Source: an uncultured Verrucomicrobiae bacterium (GTDB lineage: Bacteria; Verrucomicrobiota; Verrucomicrobiia; Chthoniobacterales; Chthoniobacteraceae). Taken from it: DNA of 64,000 nucleotides. The first letter of the stretch is position 1, and every line of letters begins with the position of its first letter. Positions 46,832-55,146 of the stretch are shown piece by piece. Position numbers and translations under genes: made by a program. The stretch is from assembly GCA_963828525.1 (NCBI GenBank), contig CAWHEP010000005.1:128001-192000 (forward strand), given 5' to 3'. Below the pieces are notes generated by a model. The model made no database searches, was not told where the DNA came from, and worked only from the letters and a program-made list of their open reading frames with translations.

Positions 46832-47134
46832 TTAGTGTCGGAGACGTCGTAATATCTGCTGCTCATCCTTTCGTAAGTCGAGAATCGCGGTAACTAAAAT
46901 TCGCGTGGGCTGAGGCTCGTAAAAGATACCGTATGGAAATCTCTGAATCACCTGTCGGCGAACGCTCTCAAAGTAGATTAGTGCGATCTCAGGAAAAACA
47001 GCGATACGAGCGAGATAAGCGTCAACGACTGTCATGAACTCCATGCCGAATCCATCTCTGTAATCTTCAAATCGGTCGAAGGTCTCCTGCAAATCGGCAT
47101 CTGCTCCTGAGAGGAACTCGACGCGCAGACTCAT
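46832..47134 (-). CDS. Cassette: RelE/ParE-family toxin
   Basis: RFPYGIFY...ILVTAILDLR. Confidence 0.88.
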   Translation of the reverse strand: MSLRVEFLSGADADLQETFDRFEDYRDGFGMEFMTVVDAYLARIAVFPEIALIYFESVRRQVIQRFPYGIFYEPQPTRILVTAILDLRKDEQQILRRLRH

Positions 47135-47352
47135 CGCGATGCGAGAATGCGCGCCTTAACGTCCTCCCATGCAACTGCGTCTTCGGGGTGCTGGCGGTAA
47201 TGCTCCAGGCGCTCTCGAAGAAGCTTGATATGGTCCTCCCGTGGCGGAAAAGCGTTGGGTTGAGCAGCAAGCTCATCCCAAAGCTCGCCGACAAGAATCA
47301 GCTTCTCCTCTGGTGAGAGGCTCTTCAGTTCCGGGATTGTTTCTGCGATCAT
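47131..47352 (-). CDS. Cassette: addiction-module antitoxin component
   Basis: LSPEEKLILVGELWDEL...WEDVK. Confidence 0.88.
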   Translation of the reverse strand: MIAETIPELKSLSPEEKLILVGELWDELAAQPNAFPPREDHIKLLRERLEHYRQHPEDAVAWEDVKARILASR

Positions 47353-47427
47353 GCGTGAACCCTCGTTTAAGAAAGCCGTTCGCTCAAGATTAAAGCGTGT
47401 GCGGCTCAGCGCCCTACGGGTTGCGCC

Positions 47428-47457
47428 GCCTAACGAGAACAAGATCATGTTTAGGCG
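47428..47457 (-). repeat. Collapsed (about 30 bp) attC-like site
   Basis: gcctaacgagaacaagatcatgtttaggc. Confidence 0.6.
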
Positions 47458-47661
47458 CTTCGGTCATGGCTTTGTGCTTGAGCTAGTCTCCGTTCCTCAC
47501 CAGCGGCATAGCTTACGAGGTGCTTTCCATACCAGCGTAAAAGTAGGAAATGCAAGTCTTGTCGGCGATGTGTGGCCTCGCCACTGAGAGTCTGCGGCAA
47601 AGACGCGCTCCGTCATTCGTTTGGTTGAGAGACCCTTGTTCACGAGGATAGCGTGCTATGC

Positions 47662-47792
47662 GCCAAACGACCCCAATCTCAGCGACTGCGGAGGGCGGCG
47701 CAGCCTGTACGGAAAGGCAGCTGGGGCAGGTCTGCGGGCGGAAGCACAGGCTGTGACGCCCGGAGCAGTTCGCTTGCAGCGCATGGTTCGGC
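47662..47792 (-). repeat. attC site
   Basis: gccaaac...gttcggc; similar to the attC at 41733. Confidence 0.85.
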
Positions 47793-47819
47793 GACGTTCG
47801 TTGTGCCGGAGTGAGATCA

Positions 47820-48341
47820 TCAGGTAGTGGAAGAGAAGAAATAGTCGGAAAACGCGTCGAGCTGCTCCAGATAAAAGTCGGTCTCGAGACGGTCTTCATC
47901 GTCGAACTGACCTATAACGAAGTTGAGGTATTGAATGATGATCGACTCACTCAACTCTTTACCGCAGTCCATCAATTCTTCTGTGAACTTCGCTGACAAC
48001 GGACTTAGCCGGGTCTGATGGAGAACGCCGCTAGTCGCGTCGGAAATTTGTTGTTCTAGCTTTCGTGCGACGTTGCGAAGGATTCGCCTCCGAGCGGCGA
48101 GAACGTCCAATACCTCCTTGAGAGGGACGTCGTAACAGTTGCCGGTCCAAGAGTGAATCTCCCACCCCGTGTGCTCAAACTCCGTGAGGATAACGCAGTG
48201 AACCTGGAATGACTCTCCAAAAGTCCGGTGGTGACGAAGGGACTCCACCTCGTCGCCGAAGAACGCTTCTACCTCATCATCGCGTGAATCGGTGATCCGA
48301 ATGCCGTCGTCGTGCTCCCACCAGGACAGGGAAAGGCTCAT
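47820..48341 (-). CDS. Cassette: acidic hypothetical protein
   Basis: 173-aa ORF filling the interval between two attC sites. Confidence 0.7.
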   Translation of the reverse strand: MSLSLSWWEHDDGIRITDSRDDEVEAFFGDEVESLRHHRTFGESFQVHCVILTEFEHTGWEIHSWTGNCYDVPLKEVLDVLAARRRILRNVARKLEQQISDATSGVLHQTRLSPLSAKFTEELMDCGKELSESIIIQYLNFVIGQFDDEDRLETDFYLEQLDAFSDYFFSSTT

Positions 48342-48355
48342 GCGTGCGCTAAGTC

Positions 48356-48469
48356 GCCGAACGACGAGCCCAAGCTCCGCGACGGCGGAGGCTGGCGCGA
48401 TGGCTGCGCGGGCGAAGGCAGGAACAGCCAGCGTGACAGCCGGAGCCGTTCGCTACAGCGCATGGTTAG
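48356..48469 (-). repeat. attC site split at R'' by the IS110 element
   Basis: gccgaac...catggttag; the remaining gcg follows at 50492. Confidence 0.85.
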
Positions 48470-48487
48470 CACCCGAAAAAGTGAAGC

Positions 48488-48740
48488 TTTTGACGGCGCG
48501 TGAGTAACAGGGTTTTACTCCGGGACGCGCTGTGATAGAGCCTTGGGTGCGTGTGGCGGGAAGGTAGGCCGGAATGCCAATGGTGGTGCGGCGATGAGCC
48601 GTGACCCCGTGGGTTAGCATGGCCGCAGCCCCCGCGAGACGACCATTGGTGGCGGAGCGGCTGCGCGAGCAGCAGCGCCGACCCCGTTCAGGAGACTGAC
48701 TCATTTTGTTCGGCGGCTGCCCCGTCATGCGCACTCAAGA
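48488..48740 (+). ncRNA. Putative bridge/seek RNA in the IS110 left end
   Basis: 19-bp stem 48542-48560/48721-48739 with 4 G-U pairs; nested stems; segments matching target (48611-48617) and donor (48687-48694). Confidence 0.72.
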
Positions 48741-48755
48741 ATAGAACCAAATACC

Positions 48756-50464
48756 ATGAGCCAACGCAAACGACAAAACTGCAAACGAAACAAGGCGGCA
48801 GCGCGCCGCCACGCAGGGGGCGCTGGGCGCTGCCGTCCATCCCCACGCCGCCGGAATCGATGTCGGCGCCACGGAGCTGGTCGCCGCCATCGCGCCCGGC
48901 ATCCTCGACGGTCCGCCCGTGCGGACTTTCAGCGCTTTCACCGAAGGACTGCACGCGCTGCGCGACTGGCTGGTCGCCGCCGGGAGCAAGACCGTGGCGA
49001 TGGAAAGCACCGGCAACTACTGGCTGTGCGCCTGCGCGGCGCTCGAGGACGCGGGCATCGAAGTCTGCCTGGTCAATGCCCGGCACGTCAAAGGCGTGCC
49101 CGGCAAGAAGACCGACGTGTGCGATGCCGTGTGGCTTCAGCAATTGCACGCCGCCGGGCTGTTGCGCGGCAGCTTCCGCCCGAAGAAGGAGATCCTCCCG
49201 CTGCGTTATCTCATGCGGCACCGTCACGACCTGATCGCGCAGGCCGGCCAGCAGGTCCAGCTCATGCAGAAAGTGCTGACAGAAATGAACCTTCACATTC
49301 ACCACGTCTTCAGCGACGTGGATGGCGTCAGCGCCCAGGCCATCATCACCGCCATTCTGGCCGGGGAGCGCGACCCGGACAAGCTGGCGGCGATGCGCGA
49401 CCGGCGCTGCCGCAGTTCCCTGGCCAAAGTCAAAGCGGCCCTGCTCGGAGACTACCGCGAGGAATATCTTTTCGTGCTGCGCCAGTGCCAGACGCGCTGG
49501 CAGCAGCTTTGCGCGGCCGTGGCCGAGTGCGACCAGGAGATCGCCACCCGCACCGCCGCCCTCGCAGGCGTGACCGAACAACCCTTGCCCGAGGCTCCAT
49601 CTCTCCAGCGCCGCGTCCAGAAGAACATGCCGGCGGCCATGCCCGTCTATGAAGAAGCGCACCGGCTGCTCGGCGTGGACTTGAGCAGCGTGCCCGGCGT
49701 CAGCGGCGGCGTGCTATGCGTGCTCATGAGTGAAATCGGCACCGCCACTCACCTGCGGGAGAAGTTCCGCAGCGCCGAAGCCTTCGCGAGTTGGCTCGGC
49801 CTGTGCCCCGACAATCGGATCAGCGGCGGACGCATCCTCAAAGCCGGCACGCGGAAAGTCAGCAACCGCATCGCCAATATCCTGCGTCTGGCCGCCAACG
49901 CGCTCGGGCGCGCCGACGGTCCGATGGGAGACTATGTCCGCCGTTTCAAGGGACGACTCGGCAAAGCCGAGGGCATCGTGGCGGGCGCCCACAAACTCGC
50001 CCGGATCATCCAGGAGACTGTTGAAGAACTGGGGCATGTCGCGCGAGAGCAATTTGGGGCGTATGGCAAGGCGCGAGCGACGCGCATACCCGATGGCTCG
50101 CCCGGCTACCAACCCCCGCGAATCCCTACCTCCTCCTCGGCGGTCTGTAAGGAGCGAGCAACACCGCCAGACGCCCCAAGGTGCTCTCGCCCTTCGGGTT
50201 GCGCCGATTTTTGAGTTGCGCGGCGTTGCTCGTCAGTCACAGACCCCAGCGGGTATGCTCCCTCCTCACGCCTTGCACAACTCAAAAATCGGAAGCAACG
50301 CGACATGTCCCAGTTCCTCAACAGTCTCCTAGGCCATGATCGTTTCCGGCCAGCCCTACGATGAAAAAAAAGCTTTTCAAACCAGCCCCGCCAGCGCCGC
50401 GCGCCGCCTCAAACACCTGCAAAACCAAGCCAAAGCACTAAATATGCAACTTGTTCCTGCCTAA
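48756..50464 (+). pseudogene. IS110 recombinase, interrupted by a MITE and with a +1 frameshift near 48803
   Basis: GIDV, AMESTG, KTDVCDA (DEDD residues); NRISGG serine; AHKLARII...NQAKALNMQLVPA C-terminus. Confidence 0.92.
50014..50328. mobile_element. MITE copy 2 (315 bp)
   Basis: About 30-bp TIRs beginning GAGACTGTTG; flanks ccag / ctag; no transposase. Confidence 0.85.
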
Positions 50465-50484
50465 CAACTTCCACGTTCTGTTAT

Positions 50485-51412
50485 TCAGGAGGCGACGGTT
50501 GATCTCAGTGCGCCTCTTTTGCGTCTGCCACGGTATGAACATGCCATGATTACCAGGCCGCCGAATAACATCGTGACCGACGACGGCTCAGGAACTGGAG
50601 CAGCGGCCATGAAGGAAGCTCCGTTCACTGTGGCGAAGCTACTGACTGTCTGCCCATCCGAGCCTATCTTAACGACACTGTTGCTCCCAGCCGCATATAA
50701 ACTGCCGCTTCCGTCAAAAGCCAAGCCGATAGCGGAGATGCCGGGAGTGGCAAATAAACTAGCACTACCTGAAGGAGTAATTGTGCTAATACGGTTGGAA
50801 AACGTTTCCGCGGCATATAGGTTCCCCGAGCCGTCAAATGCAAGCCCTAGAATACCGCTGTTCTGTAAAGTAGCAAAGGGGCTTACCGCGCCATTCGGGG
50901 CAAACTTATTGATCTGAGTTGAGCCATTGCCTGACACATATACGTTGCCACTACCGTCAACTGCTATACCGCTAGGTGAATAGCTGGTGGAGAGGTCGGC
51001 AAACGGACTGACGAGGCCAGCCAAAGAAATCTTGAAAATGTGGGCGTTTTGACCAGAGGGAGGCGGACTCACCGCTATCTACTGCATAGAAACTCGCCAA
51101 TCCGTCAAAAGCGAGTCCACGGTAAGTTCCCCCGGAAAGGGATGCGAAAGGAGTGACCGTGCCGTTCGGGGCTATTTTCCTGATCGCACCAAAGAAATCT
51201 AGTGAGTAAAGATTGCCGACGGCATCAAAAGCCAACCCCTGAGAGAAGGAGATCGCAGCAAAAGTGCTGACCGTTCCTGTAGAATCGACTTGAGCAACGT
51301 CACTTGAACGGGAGACGTAAAGGGTTTGTGCGAATGCAGCCGACGAAGCGGCGAGCAGAAAAGCGAGAATTACGGTTTTGAGGGCTGTGTGGATTTGATG
51401 TTTGTTTTTCAT
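50485..51412 (-). CDS. Cassette: NHL-repeat PEP-CTERM protein (frameshift near 51.06 kb)
   Basis: Signal peptide; repeated GLAFDGSGNLY; VPEPSS + TM + basic tail. Confidence 0.88.
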
Positions 51413-51459
51413 TGGTTTTTGTTGGGTGTGTTACCATTGATTTGGCTGTTCGGCGAGTC

Positions 51460-51580
51460 GCCTAACGAGACACAAGATCAGCGACCGCGCCCGAGAGCGC
51501 GTGTGGCTGCAAGTTTGAGGTGGTAGCTACGCTCAGCGGGGAAACAGAACGGGGCGCAGTTAGCTGCATCGCCTGGTTAG
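51460..51580 (-). repeat. attC site split at R'' by the mini-IS110
   Basis: gcctaac...cctggttag; the remaining gcg follows at 52054. Confidence 0.85.
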
Positions 51581-52053
51581 CACCCGAAAAAGAGAAGCTT
51601 TTGACGGCGCGTGAGTAACAAGGTTTTACTCCGGGCCGCGCTATGATAGAGCCTTGGATGCGTGTGGCGGGAAGGTAGGCCGGAATGCCAATGGTGGTGC
51701 GGCGATGAGCCGTGACCCCGTGGGTTAGCATGGCCGCAGCCCCCGCGAGACGACCATTGGTGGCGGAGCGGCTGCGCGAGCAGCAGCGCCGACCCCGTTC
51801 AGGAGACTGACTCATTTTGTTCGGCGGCTGCCCCGTCATGCGCACTCAAGAATAGAACCAAATACCATGAGCCAACACAAACGAAAAAACTGCAAACGAA
51901 ACAAGGCGGCAGCCGCCGCCACGCAGGGGGCGCTGGGCGCTGCCGTCCATCCCCACGCCGCCGGAATCGATGTCGGTGCCACGGAGCTGGTCGCCGCCAC
52001 TAAATATGCAACTTGTTCCTGCCTAACAACTTCCACGTTCTGTGATTCAGGAG
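51581..52053 (+). mobile_element. Non-autonomous mini-IS110 (473 bp)
   Basis: Intact left end and RNA region, about 44 transposase codons, right end; precise AG junctions. Confidence 0.88.
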
Positions 52054-52062
52054 GCGTTGCGG

Positions 52063-53203
52063 TTATTCGGAGTAACATATTGCTGGCTTTGGAAATCCGT
52101 TGAAAGGGATGGCGAAATGAGTGCTGTATGCACCGACGTGATGAAAGATGATTCTGTCTCCATCGCAAGTGTCGTTTGGGAGAGAAGCTGCACGGGTAAT
52201 TACGTCGAGGGAATCGCCTGTTGGTCCGGCTAAGACGAATGTTGTTTCGGGTGCGTCGCTACTGACGAACTACGGTTACATGGTATTGAGTGGATCCTTG
52301 GAAGGCAAGCGTTTCGTAAAGGCCGTTGTAAACGCCAGCATCGAGATATAGCCATGTCCTTCCGTTTCGCTCGTGGCGGGCAATCACGCTCGCCACGAGA
52401 CATCCGGCCTGCGCGACGACTCCGCGCCCCGGCTCCAGAATGAGCCGTTGTCGGAGTCCTAATTGTCGGCAAGTGTCGTGGATGCTCGTCGCGATGTCAG
52501 GCAACGAAGGGACTCCCTCGCTGAGAATATATCTACAGGGGAAGCCGCCGCCGATGTTAATGGCGTCGAGAGTGGTTCCGAGATGTGTAAGCGACTCGAT
52601 GGCCGGGGCGAGTCGCGTGAGGGCGTTTGCCCACGCGTGCGGATTACTTGCCTGTGAACCGACGTGGAAGCTCATGCCATATGGCACCAGTCCGAGCGCC
52701 TGTGCAGCGCGAAGCAGCGGCACGGCGGTCTCGATACTCGTGCTGAACTTCTCGGAAAATGTGAATCTACTGCCCTGCTCCTCAACAGTGACGCGGACAA
52801 AAACCCGGGAACCGGGCGCCTCCGCAGCGATCTTATGTAGCTCGGCCTGGGAATCGAACGCGAATCTATCCACGCCGTAAGCGAAAGCCGCCTTGACGTG
52901 CCTCGCAGGCTTGACGGCGGTGCCGAAAATGATTCGGTCGGGAGGAACACCTATCTCGTGCAAAAGGTCGAGTTCGTGGATTGAAGCAACCTCGAAGGAT
53001 GAGCCGTGGTCGCGGAGAATGGTGAGAACCTCCGGCTCAGAGTTCGCCTTCATCGCGTAGAAAATCGACGAATGGGGAAAGTAGGTCTTGAACTCGTTGA
53101 GGCGTTCGATGAGCCGTGCCCGTGAGAACACAAAGAACGGCGTCTCGTGAGTGAACGAATCAAGAAGCGCCGGGGAGAGCCAAGTGTTTAGGATGCGATA
53201 CAT
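52063..53203 (-). CDS. Cassette: type III PLP-dependent (ornithine/DAP-type) decarboxylase (frameshift near 52.27 kb)
   Basis: YAMKAN, FEVAS, SFHVGSQ, NIGGGFP, LEPGR, GAYS. Confidence 0.88.
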
Positions 53204-53216
53204 AAATAACGAAGCA

Positions 53217-54110
53217 CTACAAGCAGGCGAGCAGAATAACTCCCGCAATGGTGACTGCCGTCCCCACAACTTGGATGGTGGTGACACGCTCCTTCAAGAA
53301 GGCTCTCGCCAACACAATTGTTGGCAACGAGAATGCGCCGCTCAATATAGCGATGGTGCTCGTCATAGAGGTGCGGCTATAGCCCAAGCTGATTGCGAGA
53401 TAGGCGATAGCTTCGCATACGCCGATGGGGATAAGGAACATCCACAGACGAAACTTGCGTAAGGAAAGCGGTGTGCTGGTGGCTCTGGCGATGCAATAGG
53501 CGACAACGGTCATGGCAGCATACATGACAGTCGCGTAGAACAGCCAATCGTGGCCGCTGATGAATCGCTGCCATGAAATTGTCCAGATGGCGGCAAGCAA
53601 AGTGGCAAAAGCGACCTCGGTGAAGCCGGGCACGCGAGCGATAGCGATGCGGCGCTGTCGTAGTGCGGCAGGATCAATGTTGAACAGGATGACCCCACCG
53701 AAGATCGCAGCTAATGGGATCGGCACGAAATGACCCAAGCGCTCGCCGAAGGCGAAAACGGAGATGAGCGCAACGAATCCCGGAAAGGAGGCGAATACCG
53801 GGTTGAGCACTGCCAACTGACCTTTGCCAAAGCCGACATAAACCAAGAGATAAACTATCGCTTGGAGAATACCGAACGCGATCAAGATGCCCCATGAAGA
53901 AAGATCAGCCGGAGCATGGGGCATCCTGCCGGTTGCCGTGCGCATCGCAAGAGCAAGAGCGAGAGCGAATGTGCCTGCGACGTGGCCCCAGAAAAGTGTA
54001 ACGACACTCCCTACTTCGTCGATGGTCTTCTTGGCGAAGAAGTCCGCGAAGCCCCATCCGAGCATCCCGCCGAGTCCGGCAGTGAGGGCGATGTAAAATT
54101 CGGAGTGCAT
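53217..54110 (-). CDS. Cassette: EamA/DMT-family transporter
   Basis: About 10 TM helices; WGFADFFAKK; FGERL and FLKERV repeats. Confidence 0.88.
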   Translation of the reverse strand: MHSEFYIALTAGLGGMLGWGFADFFAKKTIDEVGSVVTLFWGHVAGTFALALALAMRTATGRMPHAPADLSSWGILIAFGILQAIVYLLVYVGFGKGQLAVLNPVFASFPGFVALISVFAFGERLGHFVPIPLAAIFGGVILFNIDPAALRQRRIAIARVPGFTEVAFATLLAAIWTISWQRFISGHDWLFYATVMYAAMTVVAYCIARATSTPLSLRKFRLWMFLIPIGVCEAIAYLAISLGYSRTSMTSTIAILSGAFSLPTIVLARAFLKERVTTIQVVGTAVTIAGVILLACL

Positions 54111-54155
54111 GGCTTGTTGTGATTTCGGTGTGCGTTACGCAAGACGCGCAGCGAC

Positions 54156-54347
54156 GCCTAACGAGACCCAATATCAGCGACCGCTGGCGAGGGCGCGTGT
54201 GGCTGCGGATTGAATGTGGAAGTCATTGAATGGAACGGACGGGCACGCCGTGACCTAGACGGGAAGCCCGGAGGGTGAGCGAGTGCGCGAGTGAATCAAA
54301 GCCGGAACGCGGAGCGGCCAGTGGTTCGCTGCATCGTTTGGTTAGGC
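54156..54347 (-). repeat. Long attC site (192 bp)
   Basis: gcctaac...cagcgaccgctggc / gccagtggttcgctg...gttaggc. Confidence 0.8.
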
Positions 54348-55028
54348 CTTTTTAACGCGCTGCTTAACTTCGTCATCGAGGTGCTCCGAAATGAAATTGT
54401 TAATAACCATGTCACATCCGAAAATGAGGCCAGCGATCGAATGTAGATCACTCCACTCGTCCTTATCGAGTTTGCGGCGAGAGGAATCAGGATTGTGAAT
54501 CAACTCATGCCGAAGTCGCAAAGAGCGCTCGAAAGCAGCTAAATGATCAGCGTCGAGAGAGAATTCAGACTCAGGCCGATCTTTAACTCGAAAACTCATT
54601 CCGATAACGGATTTCCACAGCGGTTTGCCAATTAGCTTGTCGAACACCGAGGCAATAATAGAGGGATTCTGGAAATTAAAGCTATCGGCGATCAGCTCCA
54701 GCGGATGCACTCGTCTGAGGTAAAAATCGAGCAACTCGTCGATGTCATGCTTTGATCTGTAAATGTCTTTCAGAACCGGACGGAACGCTTCAGGCTTACA
54801 TACGCGAAAGATGCCATCAAGCATGTCGCGGAAGTAGACTTCGGAAGCAGTGATCATCGTGACCACCGACTGCTTCTCCAATACCCAGCGGAGCTTGGGA
54901 GTTAATTTGGAGGTGTCCGCCTTTTGGACTTCCAACACTTCGGAATACATTCCGAAGAATGTCTTAAATGGCCTTCCGCCCCTCGTCAACCGCAACGCTC
55001 GGGACTGAAGGAGACGTTCGATGTCCAT
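54342..55028 (-). CDS. Cassette: putative HEPN-domain protein
   Basis: E in an N-terminal helix (ASEVYF) and an Rx4H motif (RHELIH). Confidence 0.65.
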   Translation of the reverse strand: MDIERLLQSRALRLTRGGRPFKTFFGMYSEVLEVQKADTSKLTPKLRWVLEKQSVVTMITASEVYFRDMLDGIFRVCKPEAFRPVLKDIYRSKHDIDELLDFYLRRVHPLELIADSFNFQNPSIIASVFDKLIGKPLWKSVIGMSFRVKDRPESEFSLDADHLAAFERSLRLRHELIHNPDSSRRKLDKDEWSDLHSIAGLIFGCDMVINNFISEHLDDEVKQRVKKA

Positions 55029-55030
55029 AG

Positions 55031-55133
55031 GCCTAACGGACCCTAGCTCAGCGACGGAGGCTGGCGACGCAAGACGTGGAATACAGAAAAAGCCCCGCTG
55101 CCAGCCTCCGTTCGCTGGAGCGCGTTGTTAGGC
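55031..55133 (-). repeat. attC site
   Basis: gcctaac...gttaggc. Confidence 0.9.
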
Positions 55134-55146
55134 CTGTTCGCTGCTC

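Larger units (their letters stand above)
48470..50491 (+). mobile_element. Full-length IS110-family element inserted in attC (AG/CT core)
   Basis: Removing it restores catggttAGgcg; both ends recur at several other attC sites. Confidence 0.92.

Noticed and set aside
48490..48519. TTGACG...TTTACT as the IS110 promoter
   Set aside because: Poor -10 match and embedded in a predicted hairpin; cannot be called without TSS data
50011..50020. CAGGAGACTG shared between the MITE junction and the donor-guide region (48689-48698)
   Set aside because: A short match explained by the MITE TIR plus flank; no mechanism can be supported
39951..55133. Repeats with unique intervening DNA as a CRISPR array
   Set aside because: The repeats are variable-length attC palindromes separated by genes, and there are no cas genes
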